Below are positions 42,666-53,042 of a DNA stretch of 64,000 bases, in pieces. The position numbers and the translations under genes were made by a program. Origin of the DNA: Oscillospiraceae bacterium (lineage in GTDB: Bacteria > Bacillota > Clostridia > Oscillospirales > CAG-272); assembly GCA_015064445.1 (NCBI GenBank), contig SVSE01000002.1:224628-288627 (forward strand). The letters run 5' to 3'. Every line of letters starts with the position of its first letter. Position 1 is the first letter of the stretch. The notes beneath the pieces were generated by a model. The model saw only the letters and a program-made list of their open reading frames with translations. It was not told the origin of the DNA and made no database searches.

Positions 42666-44647
42666 ACTCTTATTCTCCTCATCTTCTCATTTGTTGCCCT
42701 GCCATTCTTATACGCCTCGATTATCTTATAGCATTCCTCTCTTTTTTCATCAGTAAAGATGAAATGAAGTGGAAATTCCTTAATCGTTGAAAGCTTATCT
42801 GCCATATAAATCGGTGTTGAATTGTAAATTATGTTACGATGACCAAAGATGCCCTCGCAGTACATTTTTGCGCCTGTACGGTCGGTAAGATAAGCTCTGC
42901 ATTTGTCACAGCCCTCGGTACTTTTGATTATACACTTATGTGTTGTCATAACAGGGAATTTCCCATATGCGATAAGCGAGCCACCGATATCTCTTGCCTG
43001 TGGCAGAGTAAGCTCTGGGGACAAGATTATGCTTGTAGCTCCCATTTCCTTTAAACACTCTGCGCCCTCGCTATTGAAAATGTTAAAGCGAAAATCGCAA
43101 ATTATCTCAAAGCCAAGCTCCCTCAGCTTTTCTGTTTGACCGATATTTGAGGCGAGTGCGTATTTTATTCCGTGACTGCGTGCTTCTCTTAAAATATCAA
43201 GAATGTCGTCCCATTCCTTATCTAAGATTACAGGGGGCAAGCATATTCCGTTTGCGCCACAATCCTTTTTATATCTGTCTGCATAGATAAATATTATATC
43301 AAAATAGTCGCTATTTTCAGGGATTTGCTCCACTCTCGAAAACAGCGCTGTTCTCTTATCAAATGCACCAAAAATGCGTTTTTTAGCCACATAGTCGGCT
43401 TTTTTAGGCTCTCTTGCGCCAAGAAGCATATCTATCGCTCTGCGCCTTAATGCGTTTAGTGCGCTTACACGAACCATTATATTTTCGCTTTTTTCGAGTG
43501 TTATCTTAGCAAGCGAGAACGGGGTTGTGCCAAGCTTTGATAGATTTTTTATTATGTCGCCATCTGACATTGGCGCATTTATTGCCACCTCAGGCGCATC
43601 AGCATACACAGTCACGCTTCGAGCGCCATTTGATACGGTAAGTGACGATTTTTCGCCCAAGATAAAGCGTGCGTGCATATTGATTTTCGACTTTTCAAGC
43701 TTGATTTCTGCACTATCAAGCGACTTTGTGATTTCCTTGTCCTGCTCCGAGCGTACGCCGAGCATTGTATCGTCAATTCTCGATTTAAAATATCCGTCGG
43801 TAAAGCCTTGTCTTGAAAATAGCGCCTCGAGGCGTGCAAGCTCGGTCTTACCTGCGTTTCTTTTATTATCAAGGAGCTCTCGCCAAATTTTGACAGCTCC
43901 ACCAACATAGTCGGCATTCTTCATTCTGCCCTCTATTTTAAGAGAGGACACACCTGTGTCGATAATTTCATCAATATGCGTGCAAAGCGACATATCCTTT
44001 AAGCTAAGTGGATATGCGCTCTTGCCTCCTATTTTGTATGGCAAGCGACATGGCTGTGCACACTCGCCTCTATTGCCACTTCGTCCACCCATTGCATAGC
44101 TCATAAGGCATTGTCCTGACACGGACATACAATGCGCGCCGTGGACAAACATTTCTATCTCAGAGTCAACCTTGTCGCAAATTTCCTTTATGCTATTTTT
44201 GTCGAGCTCTCGTGCGACAACTACGCGCTTACAGCCGATTTTTTCAAGAGCGCGCACGCCATCAATATTATGAGCGCTCGCCTGCGTGCTTGCATGGATT
44301 TCGAGGTCGGGAAAATGCTCCCTTATCAGCCTCATAGCACCAAGGTCGGACACGATAAGCGCATCAACGCCACTCTCGTAAAGCGAAGCCACATATTCAA
44401 GCATTTGTGGGATTTCTCTTGCCAAAATCGCGATATTAAGCGTAACAAAAGCCTTGACGCCATGCGCGTGGCAAAGCCTAATCGCCTCACGCGCCTCGTC
44501 AAGGTTAAAGTTGTTCGCCCTCATTCTCGCATTGAACAAATCTGTGCCAAAATACACAGCATCTGCCCCTGATGCGATTGCCGATTTAAGTGCCTGCATA
44601 TCCTTGGACGGTGCCAAGAGCTCTGGCAAGAGTTGCTTGTTTTTCAT
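42662..44647 (-). CDS. peptidase U32 family protein
   Basis: ELLAPSKDMQALKSAIASGADAVYFG N-terminus and the E.F.HGA.C...SG.C signature (EMFVHGAHCMSVSGQCLMS). 661 aa. Confidence 0.8.
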   Translation of the reverse strand: MKNKQLLPELLAPSKDMQALKSAIASGADAVYFGTDLFNARMRANNFNLDEAREAIRLCHAHGVKAFVTLNIAILAREIPQMLEYVASLYESGVDALIVSDLGAMRLIREHFPDLEIHASTQASAHNIDGVRALEKIGCKRVVVARELDKNSIKEICDKVDSEIEMFVHGAHCMSVSGQCLMSYAMGGRSGNRGECAQPCRLPYKIGGKSAYPLSLKDMSLCTHIDEIIDTGVSSLKIEGRMKNADYVGGAVKIWRELLDNKRNAGKTELARLEALFSRQGFTDGYFKSRIDDTMLGVRSEQDKEITKSLDSAEIKLEKSKINMHARFILGEKSSLTVSNGARSVTVYADAPEVAINAPMSDGDIIKNLSKLGTTPFSLAKITLEKSENIMVRVSALNALRRRAIDMLLGAREPKKADYVAKKRIFGAFDKRTALFSRVEQIPENSDYFDIIFIYADRYKKDCGANGICLPPVILDKEWDDILDILREARSHGIKYALASNIGQTEKLRELGFEIICDFRFNIFNSEGAECLKEMGATSIILSPELTLPQARDIGGSLIAYGKFPVMTTHKCIIKSTEGCDKCRAYLTDRTGAKMYCEGIFGHRNIIYNSTPIYMADKLSTIKEFPLHFIFTDEKREECYKIIEAYKNGRATNEKMRRIRV

Positions 44648-44955
44648 CAGTTGTTTTCAGCGAGCTTAGCTCTGAGCTCCTCGTTTTCCTTCTTCAAGCG
44701 ATTAACATTTGCCTGATAAAGTGCAATCTGCGCCTCGAGATTTTTGAGCCTTCTCGAATCGCCTGCGCCTGTGCTATAAAAGTCCATTGCACAGAAGATT
44801 GATGCCTCAACAAGTGAGCAGTTTCTCTGCGAGCGAAGCATCTTGTTTATTCTTTCATTTACCGCGCTTGCAACGCTCTCAACATACTCCTTGCCCTCCT
44901 CGGACACGATGCCAAGCCTTACACCTGCGATTTCAACAAAAAACTTCTCTTTCAT
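44647..44955 (-). CDS. zapA: cell division protein ZapA
   Basis: The ZapA-like N-terminus (VEIAGVRLGIVSEEGKEYVESVASAVNERI) is followed by a C-terminal coiled coil. The ATG at 44955 is used. ATGA overlap with the U32 gene. Confidence 0.7.
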   Translation of the reverse strand: MKEKFFVEIAGVRLGIVSEEGKEYVESVASAVNERINKMLRSQRNCSLVEASIFCAMDFYSTGAGDSRRLKNLEAQIALYQANVNRLKKENEELRAKLAENN

Positions 44956-45108
44956 AATCTTTTTTAAACCTCTTGAAATTTGCCTTCGTAATATGTATAA
45001 TATATAAAAATGGGCATATGCTCTCGCGCATATACTGTTGTTAAATTTATTATACACCATAAAAAGACAAATTTCAACGACTTAATTTATTATTTTTTGG
45101 AGAAAAAT

Positions 45109-45900
45109 ATGGGCATTATCAAAAATTGCAAGAGAATTGTTATAAAAATCGGAACATCTACGCTCACATATCAAAGCGGTGCGCTCAATTTGAGAAGAAT
45201 TGAGCTTCTTACTCGTGCTGTTTCCGACTTCAAGAATGCAGGACACGAGGTTGTTATGGTAAGCTCGGGTGCTGTTGGTGCTGGCTTTGCTCGCCTCGCT
45301 CTTGAAGCATATCCATCGACTCTTGCTCAAAAGCAGGCGTGTGCAGCTGTCGGACAAGGTCAGCTTCTAAAAATTTATGACGGGTTTTTCTCAAATTACG
45401 GACACACGGTTGCCCAAATTCTTATGACAAAGGATGTCGTTAACGACCCACATCGTCTTGAGCTTGCAAGAAACACCTTCTTCACTCTTATCAAGATGGG
45501 CTGTGTGCCGATTGTAAATGAAAACGACTCTGTTTCCTGTGAGGGACTTGACTTCGGTGGAAACGATACGCTCTCTGCTTATGTTGCAATTGCATGTCAA
45601 GCAGACCTTATTATCAATTTGAGTGATATTGACGGTCTTTATAACAAGGACCCAAGAAAGCACGCAGACGCTGTTCTTATCGACCGTGTTGACGAGATTA
45701 ATGATGAAATCCGTGCGTGCGCAGGTGGTGCTGGCACAAATCGTGGTACTGGTGGTATGATTGCAAAAATCAACGCAGCAGATATCGCATCTAAGAACGG
45801 AATCCCTATGCTTATTATCAACGGAGAGGATCCACATATTCTCTACGATATTCTCGATGGCAAGCACATAGGCACATATTTTGCCGCAAGAAAGGACTAA
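45109..45900 (+). CDS. proB: glutamate 5-kinase (short form without PUA domain)
   Basis: IVIKIGTSTLT, VMVSSGAV and NENDSV motifs. 263 aa from the ATG at 45109. Confidence 0.85.
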   Translation: MGIIKNCKRIVIKIGTSTLTYQSGALNLRRIELLTRAVSDFKNAGHEVVMVSSGAVGAGFARLALEAYPSTLAQKQACAAVGQGQLLKIYDGFFSNYGHTVAQILMTKDVVNDPHRLELARNTFFTLIKMGCVPIVNENDSVSCEGLDFGGNDTLSAYVAIACQADLIINLSDIDGLYNKDPRKHADAVLIDRVDEINDEIRACAGGAGTNRGTGGMIAKINAADIASKNGIPMLIINGEDPHILYDILDGKHIGTYFAARKD

Positions 45901-45902
45901 AA

Positions 45903-47153
45903 ATGGAGCTTTTTGATACAATTAAAAATATATGTGAGGGCGCAAAGGTTGCCTCTCGCTCTCTTGCTCTTTTAAGTGGCGAGAAAAGAAATGCTCTGCT
46001 TATCAAGATTGCAGACAATTTGCGCGAGGGCGCATCAAAAATAATTGAGGCAAATGCGCTTGACCTTTCGAGCGCTAAGGCTAACGGAATTAGCGACGCT
46101 ATGCTCGACCGTCTTATGCTTAACGAGGCGAGAATTGACGGAATTGCAGATGCTATTGTAAAAATTGCATCACTTGATGATCCTATCGGTGCAGGCGAGA
46201 TTTTCACTCGTCCAAACGGGCTTGAAATACACAAGATGTGCGTGCCACTTGGCGTTGTTGCTATGATTTATGAGGCGCGCCCAAATGTTACGCCAGACGC
46301 ATCATCTCTTTGCCTTAAAAGTGGAAACGCAGTTGTTTTAAGAGGTGGCAAGGAGGCAATTAACTCCAACAAGGCTATCGTTGCTATTATTCGTTCCACT
46401 CTTTTAGAATGTGGAATTGATGAAAACGCAGTTTCGCTTATCGAGGACACCACACGCGAGAGCGCAAATGTGCTTATGAGCATGCGTGGTTATATTGATG
46501 TTCTCATTCCTCGTGGTGGAAAGGGACTTATTAAGAGCGTTGTCGAAAGAGCAAATGTTCCTGTTATCGAAACAGGCGCTGGCAATTGCCACCTTTTCGT
46601 TGATGAGAGCGCTGATATTGATATGGCAATCAAGGTTGCCCTTAACGCAAAATGCTCACGCCCAAGCGTATGCAACGCGATTGAAACTATTCTCTTGCAC
46701 GAGAGCATTGCCGATAAATTCTTGACTCGCTTCTATGATGAAACAAGAAAATATGCCCTCGACATTCGTGGCTGTGACAGATGCAAGGAAATCATTCCAG
46801 AGATTTCAAGCGCAACCGACGAGGACTATGCAACTGAATATGATGATTACATTGTATCAGTTAAGGTTGTCTGCGATGTTATCGAGGCAGTTGCACACAT
46901 AAACAAATACACAACAGGACACAGTGAGGCTATTATCACAGAAAGCGCGCGCAATGCTGACTATTTTGTAAATAGCATTGACAGCTGTGCACTATATGTA
47001 AACGCGTCTACTCGCTTTACCGATGGTGGCGAGTTTGGCTTTGGCGCAGAGATAGGAATTTCCACTCAAAAGCTTCATGTGAGAGGTCCTATGGGACTTA
47101 GCGCACTCACAACCTCAAAATACATTATCAAGGGCGACGGTCAGGTAAGATGA
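45903..47153 (+). CDS. proA: glutamate-5-semialdehyde dehydrogenase
   Basis: ProA-like throughout (IYEARPNVT, NASTRFTDGGEFG). Adjacent to proB. Confidence 0.9.
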   Translation: MELFDTIKNICEGAKVASRSLALLSGEKRNALLIKIADNLREGASKIIEANALDLSSAKANGISDAMLDRLMLNEARIDGIADAIVKIASLDDPIGAGEIFTRPNGLEIHKMCVPLGVVAMIYEARPNVTPDASSLCLKSGNAVVLRGGKEAINSNKAIVAIIRSTLLECGIDENAVSLIEDTTRESANVLMSMRGYIDVLIPRGGKGLIKSVVERANVPVIETGAGNCHLFVDESADIDMAIKVALNAKCSRPSVCNAIETILLHESIADKFLTRFYDETRKYALDIRGCDRCKEIIPEISSATDEDYATEYDDYIVSVKVVCDVIEAVAHINKYTTGHSEAIITESARNADYFVNSIDSCALYVNASTRFTDGGEFGFGAEIGISTQKLHVRGPMGLSALTTSKYIIKGDGQVR

Positions 47154-48370
47154 AGGAAGTAATTTTATGTAAATACGGAGAGGTTATCCTTAAGGGCGCT
47201 AACCGTTCCGAGTTTGAAGCAAAAATGCTCAAGGAGCTTCGTAGAAGGGCAAAGCGTATCGGCAATTTTAAGATACACTACGCACAATCTACCGTTTTTT
47301 GCGAGCCTCTTGATGAGGATAGCGCAGAGGCTATCGACGAGATGACTGAGCAGGCAAAGCATGTATTCGGCTTTGTTGGTGTTACTCGTGCTATCGCTTG
47401 CGAAAAAAATATGGACACCATTCTCGAAATGGTAAAGAAATACATTCCGGAGCGACTTAAGGGCTATAAGAGCTTTAAGGCGACAGCGAAGCGTGCAGAT
47501 AAGCGCTTTCCTCTTGGCTCTCCCGAGATTGCAGGCGAGGTTGGTGCTGCAATTTTAGAGGCAACTGGTGGCAAAATCAAGGTTGACCTTCACAACCCTG
47601 AAATTATTGTTCAGGTTGAAATAAGAGAAAGCCTTGCATATATTCACGCAGGTCAGGAAAAGGGCGCTGGTGGTATTCCATCGGGCTCAAGTGGAAAGGG
47701 TCTTCTCCTTTTGTCAGGTGGAATTGACTCCCCTGTTGCAGGCTTTATGATGGCTAAGCGTGGTGTGCTTATCGAGGCAATCCACTTTGAGAGCTATCCA
47801 TACACCTCAGAGCGTGCGCGTGAAAAGGTGCTCGAGCTTGCAAAGGTGCTAACCGATTACACAATGCGTATGAGAGTTCACATAATTTCTCTTACAAAAA
47901 TTCAAGAGCTTATTCGTGATAACTGTGATGAGGATTACTTCACACTTCTTTTAAGAAGATATATGATGGCGATTTCCGTTAAGCTCGCACACGAGCTTGA
48001 TTGTGATGCAATAATCACGGGCGAGAGCCTTGGACAGGTTGCCTCACAAACTATGAAGGCGATAAATGTAACCAACGCAATGTCTGATATTCCTGTTTAC
48101 CGTCCACTTATCGGTATGGACAAGGAGGAAATCATTCAGATTTCAAGAAAAATAGGCGCATATGATACCTCTATTCTTCCTTACGAGGACTGCTGTACGG
48201 TGTTCACTCCAAGACACCCACGCACTCGTCCTGAGCTTGAAAAGGTTATTGAGGAGGAAAGCAAGCTTGACTTTAACGCATTAGTCGAGGAGGCGTATGC
48301 GACAAAATATGCAGTTGTTGTTAAGCATTTTGGAGATAATATAATTGAGGGGGAAGGCAAGGATGAGTAA
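47150..48370 (+). CDS. thiI: tRNA 4-thiouridine(8) synthase ThiI (no rhodanese domain)
   Basis: YGEVILKG ferredoxin-like/THUMP N-terminus and PP-loop LLLSGGIDSPVA. ATGA overlap with proA. Confidence 0.85.
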   Translation: MKEVILCKYGEVILKGANRSEFEAKMLKELRRRAKRIGNFKIHYAQSTVFCEPLDEDSAEAIDEMTEQAKHVFGFVGVTRAIACEKNMDTILEMVKKYIPERLKGYKSFKATAKRADKRFPLGSPEIAGEVGAAILEATGGKIKVDLHNPEIIVQVEIRESLAYIHAGQEKGAGGIPSGSSGKGLLLLSGGIDSPVAGFMMAKRGVLIEAIHFESYPYTSERAREKVLELAKVLTDYTMRMRVHIISLTKIQELIRDNCDEDYFTLLLRRYMMAISVKLAHELDCDAIITGESLGQVASQTMKAINVTNAMSDIPVYRPLIGMDKEEIIQISRKIGAYDTSILPYEDCCTVFTPRHPRTRPELEKVIEEESKLDFNALVEEAYATKYAVVVKHFGDNIIEGEGKDE

Positions 48371-48614
48371 GAAATATATCACATTAGCCGATGAAACAGG
48401 AGCAAGCACTCTTTACGAGATTCTTGACGAATGCACGCTTGATAGTGGCGCATACCTTGCTATCGTGCCTGTTGCAACCGAGTATTATGTTGTCAAAAAG
48501 GTAAACGCCGGAAAGAAAAACGAGAGCTTCGTTTCCGTTGATGGTAAGGAGCTCGAAAGGGTCGAGGGAGTGTTCCAATCTCGCCTTAGCGCAATAGATT
48601 ACGATAACGAATAA
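48363..48614 (+). CDS. DUF1292 (UPF0473) family protein
   Basis: Small acidic protein ITLADETGASTLYEILDE...YLAIVP, typical of DUF1292. The ATG at 48363 follows GGAAGG. Confidence 0.65.
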   Translation: MSKKYITLADETGASTLYEILDECTLDSGAYLAIVPVATEYYVVKKVNAGKKNESFVSVDGKELERVEGVFQSRLSAIDYDNE

Positions 48615-48617
48615 AAG

Positions 48618-48647
48618 AAAAACAGGTTCTCTCGAACCTGTTTTTTT
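48618..48647. terminator. bidirectional terminator
   Basis: ACAGGTTC-TCTC-GAACCTGT, flanked by A5 and T7. Confidence 0.75.
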
Positions 48648-48648
48648 A

Positions 48649-49401
48649 TTAGCCTAAAAGTATATCGGTTATAAGCATTACGCAAAAGCCCACAAGGAGT
48701 GCGTAGGTTGCGCCTCGCTGATGTCCGTCTCCGTGAGTTTCGGAGAGCATTTCATCACTTACAACATAAAGCATTGTTCCACCTGCAAAGGCGAGCGCAA
48801 ATGGCAAGATAAATGATGCGATGCTTACAGCGAAATAGCCGATAAAGGTTCCTACAACCTCAACAAGGCCCGTAAAGGCAGCGATAAGGAACGCCTTTGA
48901 TGGCTTAATTCCTGATGCAATCATAGGTGGGATTATAATCATTCCCTCTGGAATGTTTTGAAGAGCGATTCCTATTGCGATAAGGAACGCTTGATTTGTG
49001 TCATCTGTTCCAAAGCCAACGCCTGCCGCAATTCCCTCTGGAAGATTGTGAATTGCAATTGCAGTTACGAAAAGGATTACTCTTGAAAGATTTGTAGCCC
49101 TATGCTCCTCACTGTCAACGCCTGCAAGCTTATGAAGGTGAGGAACAAGCTTGTCTATTAGGTTAAGGCACACAGCACCGATAAAAATACCGGCTACTGT
49201 GATTATAATTCCGTATTTTCCACCATATTCAACCGACGGTAAAATAAGACCGATTACACTCGCAGAAAGCATAATTCCCGCGGCAAAGGACATAACGATG
49301 TCGGTAAATTTATGAGAAATATTTTTAAATGCAAAGCCGATGAGTGCGCCGACAACAGTAGCGCCACCAACACCCAAGGCAGTAAGTAAAACGAGCTCCA
49401 T
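48649..49401 (-). CDS. ZIP family metal (zinc) transporter
   Basis: HNLPEGIA and LQNIPEG motifs. 8-TM-like protein of 250 aa. Confidence 0.8.
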   Translation of the reverse strand: MELVLLTALGVGGATVVGALIGFAFKNISHKFTDIVMSFAAGIMLSASVIGLILPSVEYGGKYGIIITVAGIFIGAVCLNLIDKLVPHLHKLAGVDSEEHRATNLSRVILFVTAIAIHNLPEGIAAGVGFGTDDTNQAFLIAIGIALQNIPEGMIIIPPMIASGIKPSKAFLIAAFTGLVEVVGTFIGYFAVSIASFILPFALAFAGGTMLYVVSDEMLSETHGDGHQRGATYALLVGFCVMLITDILLG

Positions 49402-49428
49402 ATTCCTCTCCTTTCAAATTACTATTAC

Positions 49429-49457
49429 ATTCTACCATACAAGGCGTTTTGTGTCAA
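49429..49457 (-). promoter_or_regulatory. putative promoter of the ZIP transporter gene
   Basis: On the minus strand: TTGACA (plus 49452-49457), 17-bp spacer, TAGAAT (plus 49429-49434). The -35 is embedded in inverted repeat GCGTTTT...AAAACGC. Confidence 0.45.
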
Positions 49458-49475
49458 TAGAAAAACGCACACCTC

Positions 49476-49504
49476 TTGACATATTTTGTATTTAATAGTA
49501 TAAT
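49476..49504 (+). promoter_or_regulatory. putative promoter of the GH78-like gene
   Basis: TTGACA (49476-49481), 17-bp spacer, TATAAT (49499-49504). Confidence 0.55.
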
Positions 49505-49533
49505 TAAGATAACTATTTTCAAGGAGAAAATGT

Positions 49534-51645
49534 ATGATTTTTCAAAAGGAATCCTTCTTAAAAGCAAAAAGCGTATGGCCAAAGGGGCTTCGCGATGAAA
49601 TGAATATAACCATTGCATTTAAGGCAGAGTGTGATTGCGGAGATTATGAGCTCAAGCTATGCTCACAGGGTAATTATCAGCTTTTTGTAAATGGCAATTT
49701 TGTAATGGCAGGTCCTGCCCGTGCTGGAAGGGGCTTTTTCCGTGTTGACAAAATAGATATATCAAAGCATCTTACAAGGGAGAAAAATGAGCTTTTAGTG
49801 CTCGTTAACTCACACAGATGCAACAATTTTTATGTAATGAATCAAGCGCCATTTTTCTGCGCCGAGCTTATAGGCAAGGACGGTGCGATTTGTGAAACGG
49901 GCTCAAATGCTTGGAGTGCTTATCGCTACTCACAAAGGCTTCAAAGAGTGCAAAGATATGCCTTTCAGCGTCCGTTTGCCGAGGTGTATGATTTCACTCT
50001 TGGTGAGCCACTCGAGGCGCTTGGAGATGCGCTTGCGCTTGAGCAAATTGACATAGATACATTTATCGCCCGTGAGGTTAGCTATCCTGCTCTACCATTT
50101 GAGCCATTTAAGGACACCTTGGAGAGTGGAAATGTGGAAATTATCGACACATCGAGCCACTTCTCGCCCTGGTGGTATCATATGATGGGCAACGGCTGTG
50201 ATGGCTTTACTGATGATGAATTAGAGCTCAATTCCACAAGCATTGCTGACTCTCTTGTATATATAAGCGACAAAATAGATGGCGACGAAATCGGTGCAAA
50301 TCAATACAAGATGCTCGAAATGAATGCTAACACGACAGGTCTTATTCGCACAACGCTTGAATGCAAGAGCGACACTACTCTTTGTCTTATCTTTGATGAA
50401 ATTCTCATTGACGGCAAGCTCGATTATCAAAGAATGGAATGTGCAAATATTTTGGTTTTCAAGCTTCTTGGTGGCAAAAAATACAATCTTGTAAGTGCAG
50501 AGCCATACACCTTTAAATATATGAACATCGTGTCTCTCGGTGGTATAGTTGAGTTAAAGGAATTTGGAATTATTCGCACAGACTTCAACGAAAACGAGAT
50601 TATAAAGACAATTCGTGACGATGCTGATGAGCAAATTAAGCGAATTTACGCATCAGCCCTTGAAACCTTCCGTCAAAACTCATATGATATCTTTATGGAC
50701 TGCCCATCTCGTGAGCGTGCAGGCTGGCTTTGTGATAGCTTCTTTACCTCAAGAGTTGAATATCTTATGAGTGGCAAGAGCACGGTTGAGCGCTCTTTCT
50801 TGTCAAACTTTATGATGGAAAAGGAATATCGCCTTTTGCCAAAGGGAATGCTTCCCATGTGCTATCCTGCTGACCACAGGGACGGAAACTTTATTCCAAA
50901 CTGGGCTATGTGGTATGTGCTTGAGCTACGAGAGTATCTTGCAAGAACAAACGACTCGGACTTTGTGCAGGGAGTTAAGGAAAAGCTTTATGCACTTCTT
51001 GATTATTTCAGAGGTCTTGAAAACGAAAGAGGTCTTCTCTGTCACTTAAAGGGATGGGTTTTTGTCGAATGGTCAAGGTGCAACTCCTTAACACAAGATA
51101 TAAACTATCCAACAAATATGCTCTACTGTGCGTTTAAAGAGGCTCTTTGCGACCTCTATGGCGACGAGAGCCTTCGTGATGAGGCATCAAAATTGAAGGA
51201 AGTAATTCGTGATGAGGCGCGCATCGGTATGTTCTTCTGCGATAACGCAGTAAAGGGCGAGGACGGCTCATATTCCCTCTCGGGAGAGCTTACCGAAACC
51301 TGCCAGTATTACGCATTCTTCTGTGGAGTCGCAACACCTGAAAGGGACAGGGAGCTTTGGGACACTATGATACGCGACTTCGGCTCAAAGAGAAAAGCTA
51401 CTGGCAAATGGGAAAGCATTCACTTCTCAAATGCGTTTATAGGTAATTATTTGCGTCTTATGCTTCTTGAGAGAGCAGGTCTTTACGAGGAGCTTGAGAG
51501 CGATATTCGTGGATATTTTGATTATATGGCGCTTCGTACAGGCACGCTATGGGAAAACGACACTCCAAGTGCAAGCTGTAATCACGGCTTTGCCTCCCAC
51601 GTTCTTGTGTGGCTTGACAAGCTTGGTTATTTAAGGAACAAATAA
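49534..51645 (+). CDS. GH78-like alpha-L-rhamnosidase family (six-hairpin) protein, cytoplasmic
   Basis: FMDCPSRERAGWLCDSF resembles the GH78 DCPQRDERLGWTGD segment. 703 aa with no signal peptide. Confidence 0.5.
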   Translation: MIFQKESFLKAKSVWPKGLRDEMNITIAFKAECDCGDYELKLCSQGNYQLFVNGNFVMAGPARAGRGFFRVDKIDISKHLTREKNELLVLVNSHRCNNFYVMNQAPFFCAELIGKDGAICETGSNAWSAYRYSQRLQRVQRYAFQRPFAEVYDFTLGEPLEALGDALALEQIDIDTFIAREVSYPALPFEPFKDTLESGNVEIIDTSSHFSPWWYHMMGNGCDGFTDDELELNSTSIADSLVYISDKIDGDEIGANQYKMLEMNANTTGLIRTTLECKSDTTLCLIFDEILIDGKLDYQRMECANILVFKLLGGKKYNLVSAEPYTFKYMNIVSLGGIVELKEFGIIRTDFNENEIIKTIRDDADEQIKRIYASALETFRQNSYDIFMDCPSRERAGWLCDSFFTSRVEYLMSGKSTVERSFLSNFMMEKEYRLLPKGMLPMCYPADHRDGNFIPNWAMWYVLELREYLARTNDSDFVQGVKEKLYALLDYFRGLENERGLLCHLKGWVFVEWSRCNSLTQDINYPTNMLYCAFKEALCDLYGDESLRDEASKLKEVIRDEARIGMFFCDNAVKGEDGSYSLSGELTETCQYYAFFCGVATPERDRELWDTMIRDFGSKRKATGKWESIHFSNAFIGNYLRLMLLERAGLYEELESDIRGYFDYMALRTGTLWENDTPSASCNHGFASHVLVWLDKLGYLRNK

Positions 51646-51646
51646 A

Positions 51647-53011
51647 ATGACAGATAAAAAGGAAATGCTGGGAAATGCTCCTATCGGCAGGCTTCTCTTC
51701 AAGCTTGCACTTCCAACGGTGCTTGCCCAGCTAATCAATATGCTCTATAACATAGTGGACCGTATCTTTATAGGTCATATGCCAGAGGTGGGCGACCTTG
51801 CTCTAACCGGTGTTGGTGTATGTATGCCTATTATTATGATAGTGTCTGCGTTTGCTGCACTTGTAAGCTCTGGTGGAGCGCCAAGGGCATCAATATTTAT
51901 GGGCGAAAAGGACAACGAGAGCGCTGAAAGGGCGCTCGGTGCTTGCTTTGGACTACAAATTATAATTTCGATAATATTGACGGTTGTTTTACTTATTTGG
52001 AATCGTGAATTTCTTTTAGCCTTTGGTGCAAGCGCAAATACGATAGAATACGCGGTTGATTATATGAGCGTTTATGCTATCGGAACAATATTTGTACAGC
52101 TCACGCTTGGAATGAACGCATTTATTACAGCACAGGGCTTTACAAGAACCTCTATGCTATCGGTTATTATCGGTGCATGTGCTAACATTATTCTTGACCC
52201 TATATTCATATACGCACTCGATATGGGAGTTATGGGCGCAGCTCTTGCAACTATTATCTCACAGGCAATTTCCTGTGCTTGGGTAATGTTATTCTTGCGT
52301 GGTAAGAAAACCATTCTTAAGCTAAAGCTAAAGAACATTATTCCTTATCCAAAAGTGGTTCTTCCCTGTATTGCGCTTGGCACTGCATCATTCATTATGC
52401 AGGCGAGCGAAAGCGTAATTTCAGTATGCTTTAACTCCTCACTTCTTAAGCACGGTGGCGACATTGCTGTTGGTGCTATGACTATTTTGACAAGCGTAAT
52501 GCAATTTGCAATGCTTCCACCACAAGGAATTGCACAGGGCGCACAGCCGATTTTAAGCTATAACTATGGCGCTAAAAATGCTGATAGAGTAAGAGGCGTT
52601 TACAAGCTTTTGTTAAAGGTATGTCTTATCTATTCTGTTACAGTTTGGGCACTCGTTATGCTCTTCCCAAGAGCCTTTGTTTCGATTTTCACTCCAGACT
52701 CGGCACTGATTGATTTTGCGTCAAGGGCGCTTCGCGTTTATTTTAGTGGCATGGTGCTATTCGGTATTCAAATTGCATCGCAGATGACCTTCGTTTCTCT
52801 TGGAAATGCACCGTCAAGCGTGCTGGTGGCAGTTGTGCGCAAATTCGTGCTTTTGTTGCCACTTATCTACATTATGCCAAGAATTATGAGCAATCCGACG
52901 ATTGGTGTATATACAGCAGAGCCTATTGCAGACATTCTCGCTGTAACCTTTACTGCTATTTTGTTCTATTTCCAATTCAAAAAAGCACTTCGCAAAATCG
53001 AGGTCAAATAA
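51647..53011 (+). CDS. MATE family efflux transporter
   Basis: 12-TM protein with a MATE N-terminus (LFKLALPTVLAQLINMLYNIVDRIFIG). Confidence 0.8.
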   Translation: MTDKKEMLGNAPIGRLLFKLALPTVLAQLINMLYNIVDRIFIGHMPEVGDLALTGVGVCMPIIMIVSAFAALVSSGGAPRASIFMGEKDNESAERALGACFGLQIIISIILTVVLLIWNREFLLAFGASANTIEYAVDYMSVYAIGTIFVQLTLGMNAFITAQGFTRTSMLSVIIGACANIILDPIFIYALDMGVMGAALATIISQAISCAWVMLFLRGKKTILKLKLKNIIPYPKVVLPCIALGTASFIMQASESVISVCFNSSLLKHGGDIAVGAMTILTSVMQFAMLPPQGIAQGAQPILSYNYGAKNADRVRGVYKLLLKVCLIYSVTVWALVMLFPRAFVSIFTPDSALIDFASRALRVYFSGMVLFGIQIASQMTFVSLGNAPSSVLVAVVRKFVLLLPLIYIMPRIMSNPTIGVYTAEPIADILAVTFTAILFYFQFKKALRKIEVK

Positions 53012-53040
53012 AAAAGGATAGGCGATGCCTATCCTTTTAT
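53011..53040. terminator. bidirectional terminator
   Basis: GGATAGGC-GAT-GCCTATCC, flanked by A5 and T4. Confidence 0.7.
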
Positions 53041-53042
53041 TT

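Noticed and set aside
44956-45108. A possible T-box or other leader riboswitch in front of proBA.
   Set aside because: The leader is only about 100 nt. It has a small 6-bp hairpin but no T-box sequence (AANNNGGGTGGNACCGCG-like), no specifier-loop architecture and no terminator/antiterminator pair.
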